From Ilumatobacteraceae bacterium (lineage in GTDB: Bacteria > Actinomycetota > Acidimicrobiia > Acidimicrobiales > Ilumatobacteraceae): a stretch of 64,000 nt of DNA. The position numbers and the translations under genes are program-made. This document shows, one piece after another, positions 30,950 to 40,103 of the stretch; positions within the stretch are counted from its first letter, which is position 1; every line of letters starts with the position of its first letter. Location: positions 31,628-95,627 of the forward strand of contig CAVZTM010000018.1 in NCBI GenBank assembly GCA_963778175.1. The letters run 5' to 3'. Under the pieces are notes generated by a model, which saw only the letters and a program-made list of their open reading frames with translations, had not been told where the DNA came from and ran no database searches.

Positions 30950-31899
30950 TGACCGACTCGGGTCTTCTCGAACCGGTTGCGCAGATAGATGGCGAGGGCG
31001 TTGAAGGTCAGCACGAGGAACAGCAGCACGAGACCGGCCGCTGCGGCGGCGTTCGTCCAGCCGATCTCCTCGCCGGGCACGTCGGGTCGACCCGACCAGT
31101 TGTAGATCAGCATCGGGATCGCGGTGAAGCGCCCCTCGAGGCTCGGCTGCGGCAGGAGTCCGGTGACCGCGCCGAGCATGATCAGCGGCGCCGCCTCGCC
31201 GAGCGCCCGGGCCAGCGACAGCACGACGCCGGTGAGGATGCCGGGCGCTGCATAGGGCAGGACGTGGTCCCGCGTGACCTCCCAGCGTGACGAACCGACG
31301 CCGAAGCCGGCGTCGCGGAGACCCTCGGGCACCGATCGGATCGCTTCCATCGAGGTGATGATCACGATCGGGAGCACGAGGACCGCCATGGTCAGTGCCG
31401 CGGAGATCACCGAGGACCCGCCCGGTGATGGGCTTGAGCCAGCCGACGAAGATGATCAGGCCGAGCACGCCGTAGATGACCGACGGGCACGCCGGCCAGG
31501 TTGCGGATGTTCACGAGCAGGAAGTTGGTGAGGAAGTTCGGCTTCGCATACTCCTCGAGATAGATCGCCGCGCCGACCCCGATGGGGATCGTCAGGACCA
31601 CGACGCCGACACCGATGAAGAACGACCCGTAGAGACCCGGCCAGATGCCGGTGGTCGCCGGGTTGGAGCCGATGGTGTTGGTGAGGAAGGCGCAGTGCCC
31701 TCGCCCGTCACGACCGGCATCGCATCACGGATCACCCGCCCGATCAGGACGAAGAGGATCAGCAGTGTCGAGATGAGGGTGAACAGCAGGGCGACCAGCA
31801 TCACGATGCCGGCGCACGTCGCGCTTGCGACGTGGTCAGCTGGGCGGCGGTGATCTCGCCGGCGGTCTGGCCGGCCTTGCCGGGTGTCATCAGTGCCAT
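30946..31899 (-). pseudogene. pstA: phosphate ABC transporter permease PstA, about four frame changes
   Basis: The pieces are MALMTPGK... (ATG 31899), ORF 31592..31804, ORF 31407..31601 (IPIGVGAAIYLEEYA), the head of ORF 30767..31468 (LGLIIFVGWLKPITG), and ORF 30946..31410 (EA-loop SMEAIRSVPEGLRDAGFGVG). Confidence 0.8.
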
Positions 31900-31912
31900 G
31901 TCAGCAGTCCCA

Positions 31913-32835
31913 TCAGTACTTCTGGCGCACGCGGTTCACGAAGGCGGCGCCGATGCTGTTGAGGCCGAGCGTGATCAGGAACAGCAGGAGCCCGACGAAG
32001 AAGAGCACCTCGAACGCAGGGCCGGCCTTCACGGCGTCGGTACCACCGGCGGCATTGGTCATCGCCGCCGTCATCGTGAGACCGGGGTCGAGGACGTTCC
32101 AGCCCGTATAGGGACCGGATCCGTCGAACCCTCCCGCCATGGTGGCGACCATGGTCTCGCCGATCGCTCGGGACACCGAGATGATGAACGCGGCGACCAG
32201 TCCCGACACGGCGGCCGGAATGACCACCTTGGTGACCGTCGTGACCCGCTTGGCGCCGACGCCGTAGCTCGCCTCTCGCAGCGAGCCGGGTACGGCGCTC
32301 AAGCGCATCCTCGACTGAGCGACGCCATGATCGGGATCACCAGGATGCCGATGCCGAGGCCGGCCACGAGCATGTTGCGCGACGTCGTCGGGTTGAAGAT
32401 CGGGTCGACGAAGTCCGGCGCGATGACCTTGAGGGCGAAGAAGCCGACGATCACCGATGGGATGCCGGCGAGCACCTCGATGATCGGCTTGACGATCGAA
32501 CGCACGCGACGTGACGCGTACTCCGACAGGTAGATCGCGGTACCGAGGCCGAACGGCACGGCGACGAACATCGCCACCGTCCCCATGATGATCGACCCGG
32601 TGATGATCGTCTTGAGATCGAAGCGCTCACGCCGCGGGAACCACCCGGTGTCGGTGAACAGCGACCAGTCCCAGTCGATGCTGACCATGAAGTTGATCGC
32701 ACCCTCGACCAGGACGTACAGGATCAGCAGGCTGATGGCGATCGACAGGATCGCCGCAAGCCCGAACAGCTTGCGCATCAGGCGTTCTCGGTTCGCCTGC
32801 TTGCGGTTGCCCTGCAGGTCTTGAATGGTCAGCAT
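31913..32835 (-). pseudogene. pstC: phosphate ABC transporter permease PstC, one frame change near 32305
   Basis: ORF 32299..32835 (GLGTAIYLSEYA, LAGIPSVIVGFF) continues in ORF 31913..32308 (SLREASYGVGAKRVTT). Confidence 0.85.
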
Positions 32836-32859
32836 CCGTGCGGAGTCCCTCGGGTCGGA

Positions 32860-34051
32860 TCAGCAGTGTAGAAGCACCGGTGGTCGGCCGCCAGCGGTGC
32901 TGGCGGCCGACCACCGGTACGACGGGTGATTCAGCTCGCCCCAGGCGGCGCGGGTGGCTTCGAGCCGGTCGTCGGGCAGGCTCACGTAGCCGGCCTCGGT
33001 GACCTTCGCGAGACCCTCCTCGGAGAGGTACAGGTCGACGAACGACGCCACGGCGGGGTTCTCCTCGGCGTTGGCGTTGTTGACGTAGATGTACAGGCTC
33101 CGCGAGAACGGGTAGGTGCCGTCGGCGATGGTCTCGGCGCGTCGGTGCGACACAACCGTCGCCGGCGTCGACCTCGACGCCCTTCAGACGCTCACCTTCG
33201 GCCTGGTAGTAGGCGTAGCCCACCCAGCCGAGCGAGGTGTCGGCGGACTCGATGCCTTCGACGATCAGGTTGTCGTTGGCGCTCGAGGAGTAGTCGGCAC
33301 GCACTTCTTCGGCCTGGCCCCGCTCCTCGGCGAGGTCGGCGATCGCGAACTCGACGAAGGAGTCGTAGGTGCCGCTCTCCTCACCCGGGCCGTAGATCGT
33401 CGAGCGGGGCGTCGGGGAACGGCGTGTTCTGGACGGCACCGACCTCGGTGGCGAGTTCGTTGTTGTCGGCCCACGTTGCGGTGCCTTCCGACTCGGGGCC
33501 GAGCAGCGAGTACAGCCCGGGCACGTCGAGGCAGGTGATCGCGTCGTTGGTCGGGTTGGTGATCACCGAGAGACCGTCGATGGCGACTTCGAGTTCGGTG
33601 TACTCGATGCCGGCATCGGCACAGCTCTGGGCTTCCTCGTCCTTGATCGGCCGCGAGGCGCCGGTGACGTCGCCCTCGCCGGCGCAGAACTTGGCGAATC
33701 CGTCGCCGGTGCCGGGGCCTTCGACGGTGACCGCGAGGTCACCGCCGGACATGTTCGCTGGCGAGTTCGCCGACGCGGATGGAGATCGGCTCGACGGTCG
33801 ACGATCCGGTGACGAACACTTCACCGGCGGCCAGTTCGGTGGCGCCACCGCGCGGTGCCTGCGGTCGTGCCTTCGGTCATGGCGTCGGTCGTCTCCGACT
33901 CGGCTTCGGTGGTATCGGGCGCGTCGGTGCTCGACGAGCTGTCGTCGTCGCTGCCGCATGCGGCGGCGACGAGGGTGAGTGCAATTGCTCCTACGAGCAT
34001 GCGGCGTTTGGGAGAGTTCACGCTTCCAACTCCGTTCCTGGGTTGAGTCAT
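32860..34051 (-). pseudogene. pstS: phosphate-binding lipoprotein PstS, about four frame changes; true stop probably upstream of the hairpin
   Basis: Lipobox LTLVAAACGS (ORF 33821..34051). TELAAGEVFVTGSSTVEPIS is in a second frame. GDLAVTVEGPGTGDGFAKFC...ASRPIKDEE is in the ORF 33381.. tail. IYGPGEESGTYDSF is in ORF 32627..33439. DGTYPFSRSLYIYVN is in ORF 32860..33153. An alternative start is GTG ~34021. Confidence 0.8.
32876..32918 (-). promoter_or_regulatory. 20-bp perfect stem-loop between pstS and pstC
   Basis: ACCGGTGGTCGGCCGCCAGC (32876-95) and GCTGGCGGCCGACCACCGGT (32899-918) flank a 3-nt loop. The track ORF 32860..33153 reads straight through it. Confidence 0.8.
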
Positions 34052-34142
34052 GGTGTTCGTTGATTGGACACTTGCTGTTCATGGACGGACGGCGTCTCGC
34101 GACGATTCCGGCGCGTCCGGCGGGCAAGCTACGGCCCTGACA

Positions 34143-34182
34143 GTGAACAGCGACCCCGCGATCAGGTGAACGGGAGGTGAAC
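34143..34182 (-). promoter_or_regulatory. PHO-box-like direct repeats upstream of pstS
   Basis: On the minus strand: GTTCACCTCCC-GTTCACCTGAT, two 11-nt phased units (34182-34161), plus a third GTTCAC 23 nt downstream (34148-34143). They lie 92-131 nt upstream of the pstS ATG. Confidence 0.6.
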
Positions 34183-34231
34183 GGAACCCGACGTTCCGGC
34201 AAACTGTGCCGGGGCGGGCCCGAACCCGGCG

Positions 34232-36334
34232 TCAGGTACGGCCGGTGAGCTGCTGGCCGACCATCCAGCGGTAGAGCCGCTCCTGCGAGTGCGGCTGGAA
34301 TCCGTCCGGGCCGACACGCGTCCAGGTGTCGTCGGGCTGCAGTTCCCACGCGACGACGTCGTCGGCGAGCGCGAAGTCGAGCACCTGGTCGAGCGCGGCG
34401 GTGTGCCGGGCGTGCTCGATCGGGACCATGACCTCGACACGCCGGTTGAGGTTGCGCGGCATGAGGTCGGCCGAGCCGATGAGGTAGACCGCGTCCGACG
34501 ACGCGTCGGGGAGCCGCTCCCCGTGGACGACGTTGCCGTGGGCGAACCGATAGATGCGGCTGTGCTCGAGGTAGCGCCCGAGGATGCTGCGCACGTGGAT
34601 GGTCTCGGACAGTCCCGGGACGCCGGCGCGCAGGCAGCAGATGCCACGCACCACGATGTCGATCCGCGTGCCCGCCGCGCTCGCTGCGTAGAGCGTCTCG
34701 ATCATCTCGTCGTCGGCGATCGAGTTGCACTTCAACGTGATGTGACCGTCGGGACCGAACGACGCCTCGTGCTCGATGAGATCGACGAGCTGGCGTCGCA
34801 GGTCGCGCGGCGCGACGAGCAGGTTCCGGTAGTCGTCGGCGCGGCTGTAGCCGGTGAGGTGGTTGAACAACTGGGCGGCGTCGTCGCCGAGGTCGGGGAC
34901 GCAGGTGAGCACGCCGAGATCCTCGTAGATGCGGGCGGTCTTGGCGTTGTAGTTGCCGGTGCCGATGTGCACGTACCGTCGGAGCTGATCGCCGTCGTCG
35001 CGAACGACCAACGTCACCTTGCTGTGCGTCTTCAGGCCGACCATGCCGTACACGACGTGGACGCCCGAACGCTCGAGCTGCCGGGCCCACTGCACGTTGT
35101 TGGCCTCGTCGAATCGAGCCTTCAGCTCGACGAGGACCGCCACCTGGACGCCGCGTTCGGCGGCGCGCATCAGGCTGCGGATGATCGCACTGTCACCGCC
35201 GGCGCGGTACAGCGTCATCTTGATCGACTGGACCTTGGGGTCGTCGGCGGCCTGCGAGATGAACGCCTCGACGCTGGTGGTGAAGCTCTCGTACGGATGG
35301 TGCACCATCAGTGCACGGTGGCGAACCACGTCGAAGATCGGGCGATCGGTCTCCTCGGCCGCCATGATCCGGCCCGGCAGTGACCGCCGGCCACGGCTCG
35401 TCCTTGAGGTCGGGCCGTTCGAGTTCGAGCAACTGCCACAGGCAGCTGAGATCGAGCGGCGAACGGTGGAACGTCACATCGTCCATCGTGAGATCGAGCT
35501 CGCGAACGAGCAACTCGAGCACCTCGGCACCGATGTCGTGCGAGACCTCGAGGCGGACCGCCTTGTTGAACCGGCGCCGGCGCAGCTCCATCTCGACGGC
35601 TTCGAGCAGGTCGTCGGCCTCTTCCTCTTCCAGGGTCAGGTCGGCGTTGCGGCTGACCCGGAACGGCGCCCAGTCCTCGATGATCATGCCGACGAAGAGC
35701 CGGTCGAGCTTGGCAGCGATGAGCTGCTCCACCGGCAGGAAACGGCCCGGTGAGGACTGGACGAGACGGGGGAACAGTCGCGGCACCTTGAGGCGGGCGA
35801 AGCGACGATCACCGGTCTCGGGGTCGGCGACGTTCACGGCGAGCGACAGCGCGAGGTCGGAGATGTAGGGGAACGGATGTCCCGGATCGACCGCCAAGCG
35901 GTGTGAGCACGGGAAACACCCGCTCGTCGAACCACCCGTCGAGCAGTTCGCGTTCGTCATCGGTCACATCGGCCCACCCGATGATGTCCACCCCGGCGCT
36001 GCGCAGCTCGGGCACGAGGTCGTCGACGAAGACCGCGTCGATGCGATCGATGAGTTCGAGGACGTGCTGGTTGACCTCGGCCAGCGTCTGCGCCGGGGTC
36101 CGACCGTCCGGTGACGGCCGGTCGACGTTCGCCTCGATCTGGTCCTTCAGGGCGGCGACGCGGACCTGGAAGAACTCGTCGAGATTGGTGGCCGTGATGG
36201 CGCAGAACTTGGCTCGTTCGAGCAGGGGGATGCCCGGCTCCGCGGCGAGCTGCAAGCACCCGATGGTTGAACGCGATCCAGCTGAGCTCACGGTTCACGA
36301 ACCGTTCGTCAGCCACGTCGATCCCCCCGGACAC
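34232..36334 (-). pseudogene. ppk: polyphosphate kinase 1, three frame changes (~36260, ~35900, ~35380)
   Basis: The pieces are ERFVNRELSWIAFNHRVL (ORF 35957..36334), PLLERAKFCAITATNLDEFFQVRVA (35809..36291), HPFPYISDLALSLAV (35193..35960), and LVELKARFDEANN, HSKVTLVVR, GTGNYN, GSADLMPRNLNRRVE (34232..35365). Confidence 0.9.
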
Positions 36335-36360
36335 CCCTCACGAATCGACCTGCGAACGCC

Positions 36361-36627
36361 TCAATCGATGTCCTCGGCGTAGCCGAGATCCCACTCGATG
36401 GTGATCAGCTCGCGTTCGGCATCACGCACGATGCGCTCGCGGTTGCGCCGGAACTGCGGGTCGTCGCGCGGGAGCAGCACCAGCCGGGCGAGCACTCGCG
36501 CCCGGAACTCGTCGAGCACCTGGCGGTCGCCCCAGTCTCCGTAGACCTCCCAGTGGGGAGCCACCGGCCCGTGGTAGACGATGCGGGCGTGCGCCCGCGG
36601 GGCCTGGGTCTCGGCGAGGTTGGTCAT
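36361..36627 (-). CDS. hypothetical 88-aa protein immediately upstream of ppk
   Basis: ORF 36361..36678; the internal ATG 36627 gives MTNLAETQAPRAHARIVYHGPVAPHWEVYGDWGD... Codon usage looks coding. I recognise no family. Confidence 0.5.
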   Translation of the reverse strand: MTNLAETQAPRAHARIVYHGPVAPHWEVYGDWGDRQVLDEFRARVLARLVLLPRDDPQFRRNRERIVRDAERELITIEWDLGYAEDID

Positions 36628-36710
36628 GACCTGGACTCTATCGGCGCTGACGTCATCGGGTGGATGACGCCCATCCACGCATTCGCATTACGGATGTGTT
36701 ACGATTACGC

Positions 36711-36821
36711 TCCAACATCGCAACATTCCCGGCCGACCGTGACACGGCAACGACACGACACCGAACAAATCCTGTGGCCGAGGGAACCACGACGGACCTC
36801 CACGACGTCCAACATCGCAAC
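36711..36821 (+). repeat. two identical 14-nt direct repeats (TCCAACATCGCAAC) upstream of whiB
   Basis: Copies at 36711-36724 and 36808-36821, 97 nt apart, in the relatively AT-richer whiB leader/promoter region. The second copy ends 20 nt before the ATG. Confidence 0.6.
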
Positions 36822-36841
36822 TCCCCGCAAGAAAGGCCCCC

Positions 36842-37165
36842 ATGATCTCCCGCAAGCGCACCTCCACTCCGCTGACCGTGACCGCCGAGCGTCCGGCCGA
36901 GCTCGGCAACGCGCCCCACGACCCCGATTCGGTCACCGCCTGGATGGCGCTCGGCAACTGCCGTCTGCACCCGCCGGCCACGTTCTTCCCGAGCGACGGT
37001 GTCGGCGTGGACCGGGCCCGCAAGATCTGCCGTGACTGCCCGGTCATCGGCACGTGCTTGGAGTTCGCGCTCGAGGAGCGCATCGATCACGGCGTCTGGG
37101 GCGGTTGCAGCGAGCGCGAACGTCGCCGGATCCTCAAGAGCCGCAAGGTCGACGCCACCGTCTGA
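36842..37165 (+). CDS. WhiB-family Fe-S transcriptional regulator
   Basis: Intact 107-aa ORF. Four Cys (C...CRDCPVIGTC), GVWGG turn, basic tail RERRRILKSRK. Confidence 0.9.
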   Translation: MISRKRTSTPLTVTAERPAELGNAPHDPDSVTAWMALGNCRLHPPATFFPSDGVGVDRARKICRDCPVIGTCLEFALEERIDHGVWGGCSERERRRILKSRKVDATV

Positions 37166-37251
37166 CGGTCACGTTCGACGTCGCGACCCGACTCGGTCAC
37201 GTCCGACCGGCACGTCCGACCTGCCGTCCGGGTCCGGACGGTTCGTCGGGA

Positions 37252-37473
37252 CTACTTCGTCTCGTCGGACGGCGCACTCGCCGGGGCTGCCGGCGGCGGA
37301 GGCGGCGCTGCCGGAGGCGCTGCGGCAGGCGGGGTGGCCGTTGCTTCACCCATGCCGTCCTTGAACTCCTTCTGCGCCTTGCCGAGGTTCTTGGCCAGCT
37401 TGGGCAGCTGCGAGCCGCCGAAGAGGACCAGGACGACGACCAGGATGATGATCAGTTCGGGGCCACCGGGCAT
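37252..37473 (-). CDS. tatA: twin-arginine translocase subunit TatA/E
   Basis: Intact 73-aa ORF: MPGGPELIIILVVVLVLFGGSQLPKLAKNLGKAQKEFK, then a Pro/Ala tail. Confidence 0.9.
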   Translation of the reverse strand: MPGGPELIIILVVVLVLFGGSQLPKLAKNLGKAQKEFKDGMGEATATPPAAAPPAAPPPPPAAPASAPSDETK

Positions 37474-37575
37474 GGGATCACGCTACTCCATCGTCGAGGA
37501 CAAGGCGACGCACCCTGTCCGATTTGAGGCCGAATTCACCGGAACCTTGAACCCGTCTGAACAGTTCCGCGGCGT

Positions 37576-37875
37576 TCAGGCGCCGATGGTGCTGCGAGCC
37601 ACCTGTGCCCGCTGGCGGCGGATGCGGCGGCGCTCACGCTCGGACAGCCCGCCCCAGATCCCGAACTTCTCGCCGTTCTGCAGCGCGAACTCGAGACAAT
37701 CGTGTCGCACCTCGCAGCCACGGCAGACCTCTTTGGCCTCCCTGGTCGACGCTCCCCGTTCGGGGAAGAACAGGTCGGGGTCCACGCCGAGACAGTTGGC
37801 GTAGTCGTGCCAATCGGGATCGGGCTCGACCGGGATGGCGCTGATCGTGATGCTGGATGTGGTGATGAACTGCAT
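37576..37875 (-). CDS. WhiB-family Fe-S transcriptional regulator
   Basis: ORF 37576..37920. ATG 37875 is preceded by an AGGAGG about 8 nt upstream. Sequence C...CRGCEVRHDC, GIWGG, RERRRIRRQR. Confidence 0.9.
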   Translation of the reverse strand: MQFITTSSITISAIPVEPDPDWHDYANCLGVDPDLFFPERGASTREAKEVCRGCEVRHDCLEFALQNGEKFGIWGGLSERERRRIRRQRAQVARSTIGA

Positions 37876-37948
37876 GTGAGGACCTCCTGCAGGCCCGTGG
37901 GCTGGATGGGGCGCAATCACCCGCCCCCAAACGAATGATCGACAGCGA

Positions 37949-37958
37949 TGTAATTACA
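37949..37958. promoter_or_regulatory. perfect 10-nt palindrome TGTAATTACA upstream of the second whiB
   Basis: Lies in the AT-richest stretch of the window, 74-83 nt upstream of ATG 37875. Candidate operator only. Confidence 0.3.
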
Positions 37959-38031
37959 GTGTCGTCATTCTGCCATAGCACACGCGGAATACGCAAGGGC
38001 GGATTCCCGAAATCGCGGCGGACCGCGCGAA

Positions 38032-40044
38032 TCAGCCGGCGCGGCGACCGCGGGCGGCGAGGGCGCGCTTGCCCTCCATGAAGTCCACGAGCACGTAGTC
38101 ACCGAGGTGCTCCGGCGTCGTGAAGAACGCCCGGCCCCGATTGATCTGGGTCATCTGCTCGATGAACGCCCGCAACGAACCGTCGGCGCCGAGGCCGAAC
38201 GTGTTGATGCGGATCTGCTCCTTGGTGCACCGCACGACCTCACGCAGCGTGGCCTCCACCGTCTCGCGCACCGGCGGATAGTTGAAGAACGGCATCCCGT
38301 TGTCCATGATGTGCGCCGTCGGTTCGCCGTCGGTGATCATGATGATCTGCTTGGTCCCCGACTCCCGGGCGAGCAGCTTGCGCGCCAGCATGAACCCGTG
38401 GTGCATGTTGGTGCCGTACACGAAGTCCCACGACACCTCGGGCAGCTGGTCGGCCGTGAGGACACGGGCCGTCTCGGAGAAGCCGACGATGCCGAGGTAG
38501 TCGCGCGGGAACTGCGACGTGATGAGGCTGTGCAACGCCATCGCCACCTTCTTGGCCGGCAGGAAGTTGTCCCGCATCGGCATCGACAGCGACAGGTCCA
38601 GCATCAGCACCGTGGACGAGCGGGTGAGGTGCTCGGTTCGCTCGATCTCGAAATCGGCGGGGTCGAGATGGACCGGTGATCCGCCGCCCGATCGGGCGAT
38701 CGCATTGCGGATCGTGCGGTTCAGGTCGAGCTGGAACGGATCGCCGTACTCGTAGGCCTTCGTGTCGTAGGTGCGCTCGTGACCCTGACCGAGGTTCGAG
38801 GTCTGGTGCTGGCCGACGGTGTCCTTGGCCAACTTGGAGAACAGGTCGCGAAGGGCGTTGGAGCCGATCTTGCGCAAGCCCTTGGGCGTCAGCTCGAGTC
38901 GACCCTCCTTCTGCTCGATGAGGCCGGCCTCTTCCAACATCTTGGTCAGCTCGGCCAACCGCTCGAGTGAGCGCGCCGCGTCGTCACCCATCAGGTCACG
39001 CACGCGATCCATGTCGGCCTCGGCGAGCGCTCCCGGGCTGGACGCGTTGCGCAGCAGGTTCTCGAGCTGGTCGAGGTCACCCATGTCCTGCATGGCCTGC
39101 ATGGCCTGCTGGAACCCCATCGGGTCCTGACCTTCGAAGTCGTAGCTCTTGTTCCAGTTCAGCTGCGGGAACATCTGCTGCAGGTTTCCCGACAGCTGCT
39201 GCATCTGCCACTGGAGGTCCATGTCCTGCATCAGCTGGTCGGACAACTGCTGGAGTTGCGCCCGCTGCTCGGGCGTCATCGAGTTCATCATCGCCTGCAT
39301 CGCGGCCATCCGCCTGGCCATCTGCTCGAGCAGTTCCTCGACCGTCTCGGGGTTCTCCGGGAAGAAGTCGCCGTACTCCTCCATGAACTGTTCGAACCCG
39401 GGGTCCTCGCCGCGCTGGTGCTTCTCGAGCATCTCGTTCAGCGCCGCCATCATGTCCTTCATGCGCGCCATGTCCTCGGGCGTCATGCTCTGCATGGCCC
39501 CGGACATCTGGTCGACCATCTGCTGCATCAGCTGATCGCGCAACTTGTCCATGAGCTGCTCGAATCGCTGCTTCGCCTCGTTCGACTCGAAGTTGTAGGC
39601 GCTCAACTCGCGCACCTTGCCCGCGAGGTCGTCGGGCATCAGGTCGAGTCGCATGTTGCGCTCGTCGGCGGCTGCCTGCGCATTCTGCGACCGTCGCTCG
39701 TCGCCGGAGTTCATCGCGTCGCGTCTGGCGTTGTCGATCGCGTGGCGCTCTTCGTCGATGATGTCGTCGAGCTGGGCCTTGATCTCGTCGTAGACGCCGC
39801 CCAGGTCGGAGTTCTCCAGACGTCGCTGCCGTTCCTCACGAAGACGCTCGAGCAGCTCGCGGATGCCCTGGAGCTGCTCACCGTTGCGGTCGCGGAGGCC
39901 TTCCTGCATCATCCGGCGCAGGGCCGCATTGACGTCGCCGTGGTAGAGCAGTTCGTCGGTCAGTTCGTCGAACGCCGCGTCGGCATCGAACTCGAATCCG
40001 GTCTGCGTGCCGTCCCACCGGGAGTACATGAACCGTTTCGCCAT
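38032..40044 (-). CDS. VWA-domain protein with long Met/Gln-rich coiled/low-complexity region (ChlD-like partner of the AAA+ ATPase)
   Basis: Intact 670-aa ORF. C-terminal VWA with MIDAS LMLDLSLSM (DxSxS) and IITDGEPT. Residues ~170-330 are rich in M/Q (MQQMVDQMSGAMQSM..., QAMQAMQDM). Confidence 0.85.
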   Translation of the reverse strand: MAKRFMYSRWDGTQTGFEFDADAAFDELTDELLYHGDVNAALRRMMQEGLRDRNGEQLQGIRELLERLREERQRRLENSDLGGVYDEIKAQLDDIIDEERHAIDNARRDAMNSGDERRSQNAQAAADERNMRLDLMPDDLAGKVRELSAYNFESNEAKQRFEQLMDKLRDQLMQQMVDQMSGAMQSMTPEDMARMKDMMAALNEMLEKHQRGEDPGFEQFMEEYGDFFPENPETVEELLEQMARRMAAMQAMMNSMTPEQRAQLQQLSDQLMQDMDLQWQMQQLSGNLQQMFPQLNWNKSYDFEGQDPMGFQQAMQAMQDMGDLDQLENLLRNASSPGALAEADMDRVRDLMGDDAARSLERLAELTKMLEEAGLIEQKEGRLELTPKGLRKIGSNALRDLFSKLAKDTVGQHQTSNLGQGHERTYDTKAYEYGDPFQLDLNRTIRNAIARSGGGSPVHLDPADFEIERTEHLTRSSTVLMLDLSLSMPMRDNFLPAKKVAMALHSLITSQFPRDYLGIVGFSETARVLTADQLPEVSWDFVYGTNMHHGFMLARKLLARESGTKQIIMITDGEPTAHIMDNGMPFFNYPPVRETVEATLREVVRCTKEQIRINTFGLGADGSLRAFIEQMTQINRGRAFFTTPEHLGDYVLVDFMEGKRALAARGRRAG

Positions 40045-40103
40045 GGGCCGAACTTAGTGCGTTGTCCGCTCGTTCGCCGTCCGGAGCCCGTATCCTGAAT
40101 TAC

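Noticed and set aside
28087-36334. Genuine evolutionary decay of the Pho regulon
   Set aside because: Not accepted as the primary reading. Indispensable genes outside the block (hemE/H/Y, sdhB, hppA) carry the same kind of single-base frame changes. Protein segments between the breaks also show no other decay, with no stops and conserved motifs. It is kept as an open alternative in the findings.
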